A stretch of 64,000 nucleotides of DNA from Trueperaceae bacterium (GCA_965214405.1 OZ243956.1:3168001-3232000), one strand, 5' to 3'; positions 22,152 through 34,231 are shown, counted from the stretch's first letter. The notes: generated by a model not told the origin, from the letters alone. Program-made: numbers and translations.

Positions 22152-22245
22152 TAAGCATCCTGGTGTGACCTGCTCGCTTTTTTATAGAGCATGCGGCGCA
22201 CCTTGATGTTATAACGCTCGTGTCATAACCACGGGCGTTATAACG

Positions 22246-22300
22246 GCGTTGGAGACAGCAGGGGCTTAGCCAGCTTAAAGAGCCTGCCGAGGCGCATCGA
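22246..22300 (+). promoter_or_regulatory. Ribosomal protein L10 leader (autoregulatory RNA)
   Basis: GAGACAGCAGG...CTTAA...CCTGCCGAGG resembles the L10-leader core; located upstream of rplJ. Confidence 0.7.
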
Positions 22301-22367
22301 GTAACTAAAGTAGTGACGCTTCGCGGTTGTGGTAATCGTATACGTATCTGGAGAAGGAAGGTTTAGG

Positions 22368-22898
22368 GTGGCAAACCCTAGAAACGAAAAGTCGGTCGAG
22401 GCGTTGCGGGGGTATCTCGCAGACGTCAAGACGTTTTTCTTGATCGACTATCAGGGGCTTTCCGCGGGAGAACTCAACGCGCTACGCGCGAAGGTGAGCG
22501 CCGCAGGGGGTCGGGTACTGGTCGCCAAGAACACGCTCGTCAATGTGGTATTGAGCGAGCAGGGGATAAGCGATTTCGGCGATAAGCTGCAAGGACCCAC
22601 CGCGCTGGTGCTTATTGGCGACGATCCGGTGGAGCCCGCCAAGGCGCTTACTGATTACGCCAAGGACCACGCTCGAGACCTGCCCGTCGCCAAGGGCGGC
22701 ATGTTACAGGGTAACAGGGTCGAGGGTGAGGCTTTGGCCAGAATTGCCAAGCTGCCGTCGCGCAACGAACTCTTAAGCGAGCTTGTCGGGGTGCTGCAAG
22801 CGCCTCTGCAACAGCTCGTCGGGACGCTGGAGGGCGCGCCGCGCAATCTGGTGTCGGTACTCACGAACTATTCGGAAAAACTTAAGGAGGAACAATAA
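22368..22898 (+). CDS. rplJ: 50S ribosomal protein L10
   Basis: [22 protein letters not shown] motifs; start moved to GTG 22368. Confidence 0.95.
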   Translation: MANPRNEKSVEALRGYLADVKTFFLIDYQGLSAGELNALRAKVSAAGGRVLVAKNTLVNVVLSEQGISDFGDKLQGPTALVLIGDDPVEPAKALTDYAKDHARDLPVAKGGMLQGNRVEGEALARIAKLPSRNELLSELVGVLQAPLQQLVGTLEGAPRNLVSVLTNYSEKLKEEQ

Positions 22899-23281
22899 TG
22901 GCGTTCGATAGAGAAGCAGTGATGGAGCAACTTTCGGGACTCACCGTGTTGGAGCTTGTGGACTTGGTCGAGGGTCTCAAGGAGAAGTGGGGCGTCGAGG
23001 CTGCCGCAGCCATGCCCGCGGGCATGATGATGGCGGCGGGCGGCGCGGCCCCGGCGGAAGCCGCCGAGGAGCAGACCGAATTCACCGTGACCATCAAGAG
23101 CGCGGGTGACAAGAAGCTCAACGTCATCAAAGAAGTGCGCGCGATTACCTCGCTGGGTCTCAAAGAGGCCAAGGACTTGGTCGAGGCGGGCGGCGTTGTC
23201 AAGGAAGACGTTAGCAAAGAAGAAGCCGACGATATCAAGACCAAGCTCGAGGCCGCGGGCGCAACCATCGAAGTCAAGTAA
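22898..23281 (+). CDS. rplL: 50S ribosomal protein L7/L12
   Basis: [23 protein letters not shown] motifs. Confidence 0.98.
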   Translation: MAFDREAVMEQLSGLTVLELVDLVEGLKEKWGVEAAAAMPAGMMMAAGGAAPAEAAEEQTEFTVTIKSAGDKKLNVIKEVRAITSLGLKEAKDLVEAGGVVKEDVSKEEADDIKTKLEAAGATIEVK

Positions 23282-23294
23282 GAGCCGAAGGCGC

Positions 23295-23336
23295 GGCTGG
23301 AGTGAGCGGGTAAGCTGGCTTACTCCAGCCACTTTT
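23295..23336 (+). terminator. Terminator/attenuator after rplL
   Basis: 13-bp stem GGCTGGAGTGAGC/GCTTACTCCAGCC followed by ACTTTT. Confidence 0.7.
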
Positions 23337-23417
23337 GAGCTGGGATATGATAGCGTTCTGTGTTTGGGCATTATGTTTGGAAGTGTGTTCGGACGTTGCC
23401 TGAACAAAGGAGGAAAC

Positions 23418-23564
23418 ATGGCGCATCACTGCACCCCCTCACGCGACGGCTCGCATTATTTTTGGCAGTACCCTCCAGTTCGCTCCAAACGCTTGCTTGT
23501 TAAAGAGGACGTGTTCGCAGGCCCTCCGGCCCACTTGAGCTCGAGCAGCTTCACAGCATTCTAG
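23418..23564 (+). CDS. Candidate 48-aa small ORF
   Basis: Strong SD AAAGGAGG 4 nt before the ATG; no recognised homology. Confidence 0.3.
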   Translation: MAHHCTPSRDGSHYFWQYPPVRSKRLLVKEDVFAGPPAHLSSSSFTAF

Positions 23565-23943
23565 TTCCTCTAGGAGAAAGTTACACATTATTTTGCCCAC
23601 ATTAGGTGCGTGTTGCGCGCTGCGTGAACGCTGACGAAGGGTGCTGCTACGGCAAATCGAGGCCCGACCAAAATACACGCTGCATCTCGAGGCTAATGGT
23701 CTTGAGGTGTGCTTTCGTGCGCTTGCGAGTGGTACCACTATGCTTAGCTTAGACAGCTACCTCATACGTTGGCTCCAGCGTGCTTGTAGATGACGAAATA
23801 CTTACCGGCTCGCTTGCCCAATGATACCACAAAAGACCGCACTTGCCTACAGATAAAGCGGAGGATACCGAAGCTTTGAAACGTATGAATTACCGAACTC
23901 AGACCACCAGATCATCAAGGTTGAACCACCAGAAGGGGTGACG

Positions 23944-26900
23944 ATGCGCGACATCAGGACGTTTGGCAGTATCAAAGAAGTCATCGAGTTACCGAACCTA
24001 ACTGACATCCAGATCAGGTCGTATGACAAGTTTTTGCAGCACGGGACGGCGTCGTCGGCGCGGCAGAATCTCGGCTTGCAGAGCGCGTTCAAAGAAGTTT
24101 TTCCCATCGACGAAACCGAGCGAGGCCGTCAGACGGGGTTGGTGCTCGACTTTTTGGAATACACCCTCGAGCCGCCCGAGTTTTCTCCTGAGGAGTGCCG
24201 CGAAAAAGACCTCTCGTACCACTCAGGGCTTTTCGCCAAACTGCAGCTCGTCCACAAGGACACGGGGCTCATCAAAGAAGACCAAGTGTTTTTGGGCGAC
24301 CTGCCGCTCATGACCGAAGACGGCTCGTTTATTATCAACGGGGCGGACCGGGTGATCGTTTCACAGATTCACCGTTCGCCGGGCGTCTACTTTACGCGCG
24401 CGCCCAAGGGGATGGGCTACACCCACACCGCGAGCATCATCCCGATGCCCAAGCGCGGGCCTTGGATCGAATTAGAGTTCGACAACAGTGATGTGTTGTG
24501 GATGAAAATCAACAAGAAGAAGTTTCCCTTTACCCTCATGCTGCGCGTGCTGGGGATGGGCGACGAGGCGATCCGCGGGCTTTTCGCGGGTAATGAAGGG
24601 ATGATCGAGCCGACTTTTGACAACGAGGAAGCCTCAGGTATCGGCGCGGACGAGGCGCTCTTGCGGCTCTTTACCGTGTTGCGCCCCGGCGACCCGCCCA
24701 AGGTGGATAAGGCGACCTCTTATCTCTTTAGCCTCCTGGCCGACCCCCGCCGCTACGATTTGGGCGACGCGGGCCGCTTCAAGATGAACAGCAAGCTGGG
24801 GCTCGAGTTTGACGAGAGCACGCTCCTAGGGTTTGAGGACGGACGCTTTACCGACTTTGGTCTCATCCCCACCATCCAGTACCTCGTCAACCTGCAAGCG
24901 GGTATAGAGGACTACAGCGCGGATGATATCGACCACCTGGGCAACCGCCGCATCCGCACGGTGGGCGAACTCGTGGCCGACCAGATTCGCGTCGGGCTGG
25001 GGCGGATGGCGCGCGGCGTGCGTGAGCGGATGCTGCTGGGCAACCCCGACGCGGCCACCCCGCAAAAGCTCGTCAACAACCGGCCCATCGTGGCGGCCTT
25101 GCGCGAGTTTTTCGGCCGTTCGCAGCTCTCGCAGTTTAAGGACCAGGTCAACCCCCTGTCCGAACTCCGTCACAAGCGCCGCATTTCGGCCTTGGGGCCG
25201 GGCGGCTTGACGCGCGAGCGCGCTGGTTTTGACGTGCGCGACGTTCACCGCACCCACTACGGGCGCATCTGTCCGATTGAAACGCCTGAGGGTGCCAACA
25301 TCGGTCTTATTACTTCATTGTCAAGTTACGCGCGGGTGAATGAACTTGGCTTTATCGAGGCGCCTTACCGCCGCGTGGAGGGAGGGCGGGTCTCGAGCGA
25401 CGTTGAGTACATGACCGCGCACGTCGAGGACCGCTTTATCATCGCGCAGGCCAACACCGTGCTGGACGAGCAGGGCGGCTTTGTCAACGACACCGTGGTC
25501 GCGCGCAGGCTGGGCGACCCCGTGTTCGTCTCGCCCGACGAAGTCGATTACGTTGACGTGTCGCCTAAACAAATCATCTCGGTGCCCACCTCGCTCATCC
25601 CCTTTTTGGAGCACGACGACGCCAACCGCGCGCTGATGGGCTCCAACATGCAGTCGCAGGCGGTGCCGCTGATCAGAACCGACGCGCCCTTCGTGGGCAC
25701 GGGCGTCGAGACGCGCGTGTCACGCGATTCGGGGACGGTTTTACTGGCGACCGAAGCGGGTACGGTGCGCTTTGTCGACGCCAAGCGCATCGTGACCGAG
25801 AACGAGAAGGGGGTCGAAAAGGAGTACCTGCTCACCCGCTTCCAGCGCTCGAACCAGAACACCAACCTAGACCAGCACCCCATCGTGAATGTGGGTGATA
25901 AAGTCGAAGCGGGTCAGATTATCGCCGACGGCCCCGCCTCGGAAAATGGTCGGCTGGCGCTCGGTAAAAACATTCTCATCGCCATCATGCCCTTTGACGG
26001 CTACAACTTTGAGGATGCCATTGTGCTCTCCGAAACGCTGGTGCGTAACGACGCCTACACGAGCGTCCACATCGAGAAGTTCGAAAAAGAGGCGCGTGAC
26101 ACCAAGTTGGGACCCGAGAAGATTACCCGCGACATCCCTGGACTCTCCGAAGCGGCCTTGCGCGACCTCGACGAGGACGGCGTGGTGCGCATCGGCGCGG
26201 AGGTCAAGCAGGGTGATATTTTGGTCGGTCACACCTCGTTCAAGGGGGAAACTGAGCCCACGCCCGAAGAGCGGCTGTTGCGCTCGATCTTCGGTGAAAA
26301 GGCTCGAGAAGTTAAAGACACCTCGCTAAGGGTGCCCCCCGGTGACGGCGGGATCATCTTGCGCACCGTGAGGTTCCGGCGCAACGACGCGGGCGTGGAG
26401 CTCAAACCCGGCGTGCAGGAGATGGTGCGGGTTTACATCGCGCAAAAGCGCCGCCTCATCGAGGGCGACAAGCTCGCCAACCGTCACGGAAACAAGGGCG
26501 TGGTCGCCAAGATTTTGCCCCCCGAGGATATGCCTTATTTGAGCGACGGGACGCCTGTGGATTTGGTGTTTAATCCGTTGGGGGTGCCCTCGAGGATGAA
26601 CTTAGGCCAGATTTTAGAAACGCACTTGGGCCTGGCCGCCTACCGGCACGGCGTGTCGTTCGTGACGCCCGTGTTCGACGGGGCCAAAGAGGAAGAGATC
26701 AAGGATTTGCTCGAGGAGGCCGTCCAAAAGGAGATTACCGAGCAACAAGAGGCGGGTTTTTCCGCCGACAAGCGCGAGGAGGGCGTGGTGCGGCGCTCGG
26801 CCAAGCTGGGCATCATCGAACCCGATTTGTCTTTAGAGGCCGCGCAGCGCAAGCTCGCGCGCACGGGCAAGGCGGTCCTTTTCGACGGGCGCACGGGCGA

Positions 26901-27318
26901 GGCCATCGACGCGCCCATCGTGGTCGGCGTGATGTACGTGATGAAGCTCTACCACATGGTCGAGGACAAGATGCACGCGCGCTCGACGGGTCCCTACAGC
27001 CTCATCACCCAGCAGCCTTTGGGCGGCAAGGCGCAGTTCGGCGGTCAGCGCTTGGGCGAGATGGAGTGCTGGGCTTTGCAGGCGCACGGCGCGGCCTATA
27101 CGCTCCAGGAGATGCTGACGATTAAGTCGGACGACATCGACGGGCGTAACGCGGCCTATGAGGCCATCGTCAAGGGGAACGACGTGTTGGAGCCCACCAT
27201 CCCCGAGTCGTTCAAGGTCTTGGTCAAGGAGCTTCACTCGCTGGGTTTAGACGTGCAAATTTTGGACAAGAACGACAAGTCGGTGGGCATTTTTGACGAG
27301 TCGGGTCGGGGGCGTTAG
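23944..27318 (+). CDS. rpoB: RNA polymerase beta subunit
   Basis: SQIHRSPG, GRICPIETPEG, GDKLANRHGNKG, GGQRLGEME motifs. Confidence 0.99.
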   Translation: MRDIRTFGSIKEVIELPNLTDIQIRSYDKFLQHGTASSARQNLGLQSAFKEVFPIDETERGRQTGLVLDFLEYTLEPPEFSPEECREKDLSYHSGLFAKLQLVHKDTGLIKEDQVFLGDLPLMTEDGSFIINGADRVIVSQIHRSPGVYFTRAPKGMGYTHTASIIPMPKRGPWIELEFDNSDVLWMKINKKKFPFTLMLRVLGMGDEAIRGLFAGNEGMIEPTFDNEEASGIGADEALLRLFTVLRPGDPPKVDKATSYLFSLLADPRRYDLGDAGRFKMNSKLGLEFDESTLLGFEDGRFTDFGLIPTIQYLVNLQAGIEDYSADDIDHLGNRRIRTVGELVADQIRVGLGRMARGVRERMLLGNPDAATPQKLVNNRPIVAALREFFGRSQLSQFKDQVNPLSELRHKRRISALGPGGLTRERAGFDVRDVHRTHYGRICPIETPEGANIGLITSLSSYARVNELGFIEAPYRRVEGGRVSSDVEYMTAHVEDRFIIAQANTVLDEQGGFVNDTVVARRLGDPVFVSPDEVDYVDVSPKQIISVPTSLIPFLEHDDANRALMGSNMQSQAVPLIRTDAPFVGTGVETRVSRDSGTVLLATEAGTVRFVDAKRIVTENEKGVEKEYLLTRFQRSNQNTNLDQHPIVNVGDKVEAGQIIADGPASENGRLALGKNILIAIMPFDGYNFEDAIVLSETLVRNDAYTSVHIEKFEKEARDTKLGPEKITRDIPGLSEAALRDLDEDGVVRIGAEVKQGDILVGHTSFKGETEPTPEERLLRSIFGEKAREVKDTSLRVPPGDGGIILRTVRFRRNDAGVELKPGVQEMVRVYIAQKRRLIEGDKLANRHGNKGVVAKILPPEDMPYLSDGTPVDLVFNPLGVPSRMNLGQILETHLGLAAYRHGVSFVTPVFDGAKEEEIKDLLEEAVQKEITEQQEAGFSADKREEGVVRRSAKLGIIEPDLSLEAAQRKLARTGKAVLFDGRTGEAIDAPIVVGVMYVMKLYHMVEDKMHARSTGPYSLITQQPLGGKAQFGGQRLGEMECWALQAHGAAYTLQEMLTIKSDDIDGRNAAYEAIVKGNDVLEPTIPESFKVLVKELHSLGLDVQILDKNDKSVGIFDESGRGR

Positions 27319-27418
27319 TGGCGAGGGTTGGGACAGGCTGGAAGGTTATAACTTTCCAGCCCGCCACCTCGCAAGTTTTATCCTCTTCTAAACGCTTCAC
27401 TGAAGCGAAGGGACGTGC

Positions 27419-30400
27419 ATGAGAGCATTTGATAAAGTACAAATCAAGATCGCCAGCCCGGAGCAAATCCGCGGCTGGAGCTACGGGGAAGTCACCAAAC
27501 CCGAAACGATTAACTACCGCACCCTCAAGCCCGAGCGCGACGGTCTATTTGACGAGCGCATCTTTGGGCCTGAAAAAGACTTTGAGTGCGCCTGCGGCAA
27601 GTACAAGCGCCAGCGCTACGAGGGTAAGACCTGCGAGCGCTGCGGCGTCGAGGTCACCAAGGCGACGGTGCGCCGCTACCGGATGGGCCACATCGAACTC
27701 GCCACCGCCGCGGCTCACATCTGGTACGTCAAGGACATCCCGAGCAAGGTGGGGTCGCTCCTCAACTTGTCGACGAGCCAGTTGGAGCAGGTGCTCTACT
27801 TCGCCAAGTACATAGTCACCGACCCGCAGGGCGCGCTCAAAGACGGTAAGCCCTTGCGCCGCGGCGATCTCTTGACCGACGACGAATACCGGATGCTCCG
27901 CTACGGGCACCAAGAAACCTACTCGGTGCCGATGGGCGAGGCTGCGGTCGTGGCCGACGGCGACTACGTCGAGGCGGGGCAGAACCTAGCCAAGGGCGTC
28001 AAGTCCAAGATGGCGGGGCTGGCGCAGTACCGCTTCCCGCGTAAAGTCGTCTTTGACTATCAAGAAGCGCGCGAGGCAACCCTGACGCTGCCCAGCAAGT
28101 CGTGGATCGAAGAGGAGAGCTACAAGAGCGGTCAGCCTCTGGCCGACCTCACCGACGACGTGGTGGTGCGCGCCAAGGCGGAGGGCGTCGTTGAACTCCT
28201 GCCTATCGGCGCGGACGGCGGGCTCCTAAACCTGCGCGACATGGACGAGGACGACGTGACCGCGTCCTACTTCATCCCCACCGGCATGGAACTCTTGACC
28301 GGCGACGGCGAATTTGTCGAGGCGGGCGCGGAACTTGCCAAGGCCCCCAAGGGCGCACAGTTGACCACGCCCAAAGAGGCGACGCTCAGGGTTGACAAGA
28401 ACCGCAAGCGCGGACCCGAATTAGAACTCACCCTTACCGTCAAGTGGGCGCGCCGCGACGAGCACGACATCAACCCCACCATGCACGTGCTCGTCGGCGA
28501 CGGCGCGAGCGTGTCCGAGGGCGACAAGGTCGTGGGCGCGATCGACGCCGCGCAAGAAATCTTGGCCGAGGCCGACGGCGTTATCCACTTGGGCGAGCCC
28601 GCCTCCATCATCGTCTCGCGCGCCAAGATTTACCCTTACAACGACGAGCCCATCGTCGTCAACGGCGACCGGGTGGTGCCGGGGGACGAGCTGGCGGACA
28701 ATGGCCGCGTCAAGGCGGACATCTCGGGCCGCGTCGAGATCGACCTCGTGCGCCGTCAGGTGCGCCTCATCGAGTCGTACGACTTCGAGGCCCGGATGGG
28801 CGCGGAGGCGGTGCGCGAGCTTCTGGACACGATTGACTTAAAGGTGCTCGAGGCCGAGCTGGTCGAAGAGATGGACAGCCCAAGCCGCCACAAGCGCGCC
28901 AAGGCGAGAAAGCGCCTAGAAATCACGCGCTCCTTTATCGCTTCGGGCAACAACCCCGCCTGGATGATTTTGGACGCGGTGCCCATCATGCCCCCCGCGT
29001 TGCGCCCGATGGTGCAGGTCGAGGGCGGGCGCTTTGCGACGTCGGACTTAAACGACCTCTACCGCCGCCTGATTAACCGCAACAACCGCCTCAAAAAGCT
29101 CATGGCGCAGGGCGCGCCCGAGATGATCATCCGCAACGAGAAGCGGATGTTGCAAGAGGCGGTGGACGCACTCATCGACAACGGACGCCGCGGCAACGCG
29201 GTGGTGCATCCCGGCTCGGACCGCCCGCTACGCTCCTTGACCGACCTTTTGGGTGGCAAGCAGGGCCGGTTCCGCCAGAACTTGCTGGGTAAGCGCGTCG
29301 ACTACTCGGGACGGAGCGTCATCGTGGTCGGCCCGCAGCTCAAGCTCCACCAGTGCGGGGTGCCCAAGCGCATGGCGCTGGAGCTGTTCAAGCCCTTTTT
29401 GTTCAAGACCTTGGAAGAGCGCGGCATCGTCTCGAACATCAAGAGCGCGCGCAAACTTTTGGAGCGTTACCGAGACACCCGCGACGAGATTTGGGACGCT
29501 TTGGAAGAAGTTATTCAAGACCGCGTGGTGCTCTTGAACCGCGCGCCGACGCTGCACCGTTTGGGCATCCAGGCCTTTGAGCCCGTTTTGGTCGAGGGTC
29601 AGGCCATCCAGCTTCACCCGCTGGTTTGCGAAGCCTTTAACGCCGACTTCGACGGCGACCAGATGGCGATTCACGTGCCCTTGTCCGTCTACGCGCAGTC
29701 CGAGGGGCGCTTGCAGATGCTCGCGTCGCACAACCTCCTTTCGCCCGCGCACGGCAACCCGAACGTGCAGGCGAGCCGCGACATCATCTTGGGACTGTTC
29801 GTGCTCACCCAAGTCCATATCGGCCGCAAGGGTGTCGGCAACACCTACGACACGACGCGCGACGCGCTTCAGGCCTACGCGGCGGGTGAGTTGGACCTCA
29901 ACAGCAGCATCACCGTGAACGGTCAAGCGACGAGCGCGGGCCGCCTCAAGTACCGCTTCTCTTCGGTTGACGAGGCGCTGCTGGCAGTTAACCGCGGCGA
30001 AATCGACATGCAGGACGTGGTCACGGCCAAAGTCGACGGCGAGACGATGGAGACGAGCCCAGGCCGCATGTTCTTCGCGCGTTTCGTGCGGGAGACGCTG
30101 TCCGAAGACGGCGGCGAGGTACCCGCCTCGATGATTCGCTACGACACCGCGTACGAAAAGAACGCCTTGCGCGACCTTGTGACCGATTCGTTCAAGCTTT
30201 TGGGCATTGAGCGCACCGCCAAACTTTTGGACGCCCTCAAAGACTACGGCTTCGAACTTTCGACCACCTCGGGCATCACCATCGGCATCGACGACGTGGC
30301 AATTCCGCCCAAGAAGCAAGAGCTGTTGGCGGAGGCGCAGGGGAAGCTCGAGCGCATCGAAACGGCTTTCGAGCGCGGCTTTGTGACCGACGCCGAACGC

Positions 30401-31993
30401 TACAACCAGGTCGTGCGGCTCTGGAACGACACCACTGAGGGCGTCAAGCAGGCTGTTTTTGACAACTTCAAGGACAACATGCCCTTTAACCCGCTCTTTG
30501 TGATGGCGCAGTCCGGGGCGCGCGGGAACCCGCAGCAGATTCGCCAGTTGGCCGGGATGCGCGGGCTCATGGCGAAGCCCTCGGGCGAGACCATCGAGCT
30601 GCCCATCCGCGCGAACTTCCGCGAGGGGCTGGACGTGTTGGAATACTTTATCTCGACCCACGGCGCGCGTAAGGGCGGGGCCGACACCGCGCTGCGCACC
30701 GCCGACTCGGGTTACTTGACCCGCAAGCTCGTCGACGTGGCGCACGAGATCGTGGTCCGCGAGAGCGATTGCGGTACCGCCGACTTTTTAGAGGTCCAGT
30801 TCTACACCTCCGAGGGTCGCCTGCGGCCCAAGAGCCAGGTTGACATGAGCCTCTACGGGCGCACGCTGGCGCTCGACTTCGAGGTGGAAGAGCTTTCGTA
30901 CCGCGCGGGCACCATCCTTATGGACGCCGACGTGGCGGCCATCTACACGCGGCTAGCCGACCATCCCGAGGTTCGTGGCGCCGAGGTGCGCTCGCCGCTC
31001 GTCTGCCAGACTCGAGCGGGCGTGTGCCAGCAGTGCTACGGCCTCGACATGTCCTTGATGCGGCTCGTCTCGATCGGCGAGGCGGTGGGCGTCATTGCCG
31101 CCGAGTCGATTGGCGAACCCGGCACCCAGCTCACCATGCGCACCTTCCACACGGGCGGCATCGCCACGGGCGGTGACATCACCCAGGGTCTGCCGCGCGT
31201 CATCGAACTCGTTGAAGCGCGTAAGCCCAAGGTCAAGGCGTTTATTTCCGACCTCGACGGGGTTGTGTCGATTGACGAGGACGAGGACCGCTACCGCCTC
31301 ACGGTCTCTTCGGAAGACGGCGACTTTAGCAAGGTCTACCGCATCGACAAGACGACCCGCTTAGTCGTCCGCGACGGCGACCGGGTCGAGGCGGGCGCGC
31401 AGCTCACCAGGGGCGCGGTCAACCCGCACGACCTCTTGGAGTCCCGCGGCCCCGACGCCGCGCAACGCTACTTGGTCGAGGAGATTCAGCGCGTCTACCG
31501 CGGTCAGGGCGTCTCGGTGCATGACAAGCACATTGAGGTTATCGTCCGGCAGATGCTCAAGTTTGTCGAGATTTTGGAGTCCGGTGATTCCGACCTTTTA
31601 GAGGGGCAGACGGTCGAACGCTTCGACGTTGAAGAAATCAACGACCGCCTGCTTGACGAGGGCAAAGAGCCCGCGAGCTGGAAGCCCGTCTTGTTGGGTA
31701 TCACCAAGGCGAGCCTGTCGACCAAATCCTGGCTCTCCGCGGCCTCGTTCCAGCACACCACGCACGTGCTGACCGAAGCGGCGGTGTCGGGCAAGGCTGA
31801 CGACCTGGTCGGTCTCAAGGAAAACGTCATCTTGGGCCGCCTCATTCCCGCGGGCACGGGGTTAGAGCAAATCCGCGACACCCGCGTGGCCGACGTGCGA
31901 ATGTTGGAACGTCGGCAAGCCGCGCCCGCCCGCGAAGCCGCGAAAGCGCCCGCCCGCCCTGCCGGGGAGAGAGAAAAGCGCCCGGAAGCGTAA
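27419..31993 (+). CDS. rpoC: RNA polymerase beta' subunit
   Basis: NADFDGD active-site motif and zinc finger; large N-terminal lineage-specific insertion as in Thermus/Deinococcus. Confidence 0.99.
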   Translation: MRAFDKVQIKIASPEQIRGWSYGEVTKPETINYRTLKPERDGLFDERIFGPEKDFECACGKYKRQRYEGKTCERCGVEVTKATVRRYRMGHIELATAAAHIWYVKDIPSKVGSLLNLSTSQLEQVLYFAKYIVTDPQGALKDGKPLRRGDLLTDDEYRMLRYGHQETYSVPMGEAAVVADGDYVEAGQNLAKGVKSKMAGLAQYRFPRKVVFDYQEAREATLTLPSKSWIEEESYKSGQPLADLTDDVVVRAKAEGVVELLPIGADGGLLNLRDMDEDDVTASYFIPTGMELLTGDGEFVEAGAELAKAPKGAQLTTPKEATLRVDKNRKRGPELELTLTVKWARRDEHDINPTMHVLVGDGASVSEGDKVVGAIDAAQEILAEADGVIHLGEPASIIVSRAKIYPYNDEPIVVNGDRVVPGDELADNGRVKADISGRVEIDLVRRQVRLIESYDFEARMGAEAVRELLDTIDLKVLEAELVEEMDSPSRHKRAKARKRLEITRSFIASGNNPAWMILDAVPIMPPALRPMVQVEGGRFATSDLNDLYRRLINRNNRLKKLMAQGAPEMIIRNEKRMLQEAVDALIDNGRRGNAVVHPGSDRPLRSLTDLLGGKQGRFRQNLLGKRVDYSGRSVIVVGPQLKLHQCGVPKRMALELFKPFLFKTLEERGIVSNIKSARKLLERYRDTRDEIWDALEEVIQDRVVLLNRAPTLHRLGIQAFEPVLVEGQAIQLHPLVCEAFNADFDGDQMAIHVPLSVYAQSEGRLQMLASHNLLSPAHGNPNVQASRDIILGLFVLTQVHIGRKGVGNTYDTTRDALQAYAAGELDLNSSITVNGQATSAGRLKYRFSSVDEALLAVNRGEIDMQDVVTAKVDGETMETSPGRMFFARFVRETLSEDGGEVPASMIRYDTAYEKNALRDLVTDSFKLLGIERTAKLLDALKDYGFELSTTSGITIGIDDVAIPPKKQELLAEAQGKLERIETAFERGFVTDAERYNQVVRLWNDTTEGVKQAVFDNFKDNMPFNPLFVMAQSGARGNPQQIRQLAGMRGLMAKPSGETIELPIRANFREGLDVLEYFISTHGARKGGADTALRTADSGYLTRKLVDVAHEIVVRESDCGTADFLEVQFYTSEGRLRPKSQVDMSLYGRTLALDFEVEELSYRAGTILMDADVAAIYTRLADHPEVRGAEVRSPLVCQTRAGVCQQCYGLDMSLMRLVSIGEAVGVIAAESIGEPGTQLTMRTFHTGGIATGGDITQGLPRVIELVEARKPKVKAFISDLDGVVSIDEDEDRYRLTVSSEDGDFSKVYRIDKTTRLVVRDGDRVEAGAQLTRGAVNPHDLLESRGPDAAQRYLVEEIQRVYRGQGVSVHDKHIEVIVRQMLKFVEILESGDSDLLEGQTVERFDVEEINDRLLDEGKEPASWKPVLLGITKASLSTKSWLSAASFQHTTHVLTEAAVSGKADDLVGLKENVILGRLIPAGTGLEQIRDTRVADVRMLERRQAAPAREAAKAPARPAGEREKRPEA

Positions 31994-32081
31994 GTTCGGA
32001 CGGGCACGTACCCAATCAAACCTTGAATAAATGTGCGAGAGCCGGACGCGTTCCGGCTCTCTCCTTGTTATGCTTCCTCGA

Positions 32082-32471
32082 GTGATCGTCGGTCTTGATC
32101 CGGGAAAAAACGTGGGCGTCGCGTTTGTGAATAAAGAAGGGGAGCTCGTCTACCGTAACATCGTTACCCTGGACACGTTGAAGACGCTCCACATTCCACG
32201 CGGCGCAACCCTCGTCGTCGGGAACGGCACGGGCGCGGAGGGCGTGAAAGAGATTCTTCGCGCGCGCGCGCTGAGCTTTGCGGTGGTGGACGAAACGGGG
32301 ACGACGCTCGAGGCGCGCACCCTCTACTTTAGAGACCATCCTCCCAAGGGCTTGCTGCGTCTGTTACCCAAAGGCTTGAGGTCACCCCCCAAACTTATCG
32401 ACGACTACGCAGCCTACGCGGTTGTGCTGCGTTATCTAAGGGAAAACGAGCAAGAAAAAGAGCTGAGTTAA
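32082..32471 (+). CDS. YqgF/RuvX-like RNase H-fold nuclease
   Basis: MIVGLDPG, VVGNGT, VDETGTTLEAR, DDYAA motifs; GTG start 7 nt after a TATGCT -10 box. Confidence 0.8.
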   Translation: MIVGLDPGKNVGVAFVNKEGELVYRNIVTLDTLKTLHIPRGATLVVGNGTGAEGVKEILRARALSFAVVDETGTTLEARTLYFRDHPPKGLLRLLPKGLRSPPKLIDDYAAYAVVLRYLRENEQEKELS

Positions 32472-32508
32472 ACTCAGCTCGCAATGGGTTCAGATTGTTT
32501 TATACCCG

Positions 32509-33015
32509 TTAATTCAGCTCGTCGTCCTCGCCCGCGTCCATCATGGCGCGCGCCTCTTTGGGCGTGATGCCCAGCACCGCGCTGATTTCTCCCGCCAAGA
32601 GGCGCAGCGCGCGGCGGTACGCTTGACGGTCTAGGTCGGGCAGACCGCGCTCCAAATCCCAACGGCGCAGTTCGCTGCCCAGGGTGGCGATCTGGTAGGG
32701 GTCGCCGGACGACAAGATTTCGGTCACGCGGCGGTGGCGGGCCGCCCACTGCTTGGGCAGGTTGATGCGGCCGTTGTTGAGGCGCTCCAACACGCCCTGC
32801 ACCTCTTCTTCGGTCAAAGCGGGCCGTAAGCCTGCCGCCTGGGGCGAGGCCACGGGCACAAACGCGCGCGAGGTGCCGTTGGGAAAATCAACCTGATAAT
32901 ACTGATGGTCCGAACCGGCCACGGTGCGCGTCGTCGTCCCCGAGACGATGCCGACGCCGTAAGGGGGAAGAACCACCTGATCACCATTTTTATATCCTTT
33001 GGCTGCTTTCAACAT
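32509..33015 (-). CDS. carD: CarD family transcriptional regulator
   Basis: GDQVVLPPYGVG, VPV..GLRP, LPKQWAARHR; SD GGAAGGGAG upstream of ATG 33015. Confidence 0.92.
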   Translation of the reverse strand: MLKAAKGYKNGDQVVLPPYGVGIVSGTTTRTVAGSDHQYYQVDFPNGTSRAFVPVASPQAAGLRPALTEEEVQGVLERLNNGRINLPKQWAARHRRVTEILSSGDPYQIATLGSELRRWDLERGLPDLDRQAYRRALRLLAGEISAVLGITPKEARAMMDAGEDDELN

Positions 33016-33343
33016 GCACTCCCTTCCACTCAAAAAACCAGTACACCAACGCTCTAAACGTCGGCATGTTAACAATAAAATGTGTCTATGTATTGCGTAG
33101 GGTGTTGCGTGAGCACGCGCGGCGCGACAGATCGAGGGCTCGCCAATACGCTCACGTACACAAATATACCATATTTCACAAAGTGAGGCATAAAGTTGGG
33201 TGACGTGAGATTTTTAATACTCTTCGGTCCTGGACGCATCATTGCGCGTTCCAGAAGCCGCCGCTCGAGCTCTGTGGTCATTCTGTGGTCATGTTCAGGC
33301 TGTAACGCGCGCGGCGCTCGAACGCCAGAAGGGTTTGCAAAGG

Positions 33344-34231
33344 TTACGTTCCGTCCGCCCGCCTTTCTCTCGCATTGCGCGTCGTGAGCGCGACGCCCGA
33401 GAGGAGGATAACCGCGCCGACGAGGGTGAGCGCGCCGGGTACCTCGCCAAGAAAGAGCGCGGCCAGGCTTGTCGACACGAAGGGCTCGAGCAGCGTGACC
33501 GTGGCGACCACCGTGGGGTCTAGGTATTTGAGCGCGTAGTTAAAGCTCGTGTGACCGACAAGCTGCGGCACGAGCGCGAGGAGGAGAATCCAGAAAAGGG
33601 TCGTGAGGCTGTAGCCCGTGTAGGAAAACCCCAACAGCAAAGGCAGGGGCAGCAGTACCGCGGCGGCCACGCCGTAGGCCACGCCGACGTAGGCCTGTAA
33701 ACTTAGGCCCCGCGCCTGCGCGGCGCGGCCCAACAAAAAGTAAGCGGAGATGGTTACCGCGCCCGCGAGCGCCAGCAGGTCGCCCAAAAGGGGCGCGCTG
33801 CCCGCCTGGAGGTCGCCAAAGCCGATAAGCGCGCCCCCCAGCACGGCAGTGAGCGCGCCCAAGATCACCGCAAAGGCGGGGGCGACGCCCAAAAAGAGCC
33901 AGCTAAAGAGCGCGACCCAGAGCGGACTTGTGGTCACGAGCGTTACACTCGCGGCCACGCTCGTATACGAGAGCGAGGTAAGCCAGGTGGCAAAATGCGC
34001 GCCCAAGAAAACGCCCGCGAGCACCGTGTACCCCAGAGCGGCGGGGGTGGGCGAGGTTCGCTTAAGTGCCCGCAGCGTCCAGGGGAACAAGATGAGGCTG
34101 GCGGCCACCATGCGGTAGGCCGCGACCACCACGCCGGGCGCGTCGGCAAGGCGGACGAAAATGGCGGCGAGACCCACGGCGACGACGCCGAGGGCGAGCA
34201 CAAAAGCGAGACGAGTCGGGGACGGTTCCAC
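33344..34231 (-). CDS. DMT/EamA family transporter
   Basis: ~10 hydrophobic segments; HFATW.SL.YTSVA and GHTSFN...LEP motifs. Confidence 0.9.
   Translation of the reverse strand: MEPSPTRLAFVLALGVVAVGLAAIFVRLADAPGVVVAAYRMVAASLILFPWTLRALKRTSPTPAALGYTVLAGVFLGAHFATWLTSLSYTSVAASVTLVTTSPLWVALFSWLFLGVAPAFAVILGALTAVLGGALIGFGDLQAGSAPLLGDLLALAGAVTISAYFLLGRAAQARGLSLQAYVGVAYGVAAAVLLPLPLLLGFSYTGYSLTTLFWILLLALVPQLVGHTSFNYALKYLDPTVVATVTLLEPFVSTSLAALFLGEVPGALTLVGAVILLSGVALTTRNARERRADGT

Noticed and set aside
27800..28780. Large insertion in RpoC as a possible intein
   Set aside because: No intein terminal or homing-endonuclease motifs; it fits the known Thermus/Deinococcus beta' lineage-specific insertion.
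29228..30745. 505-aa antisense ORF in rpoC, and similar long shadow ORFs (40296-41783, 15708-16733, 59022-60011)
   Set aside because: These are antisense or alternate-frame ORFs expected in high-GC coding DNA and show no recognisable motifs.
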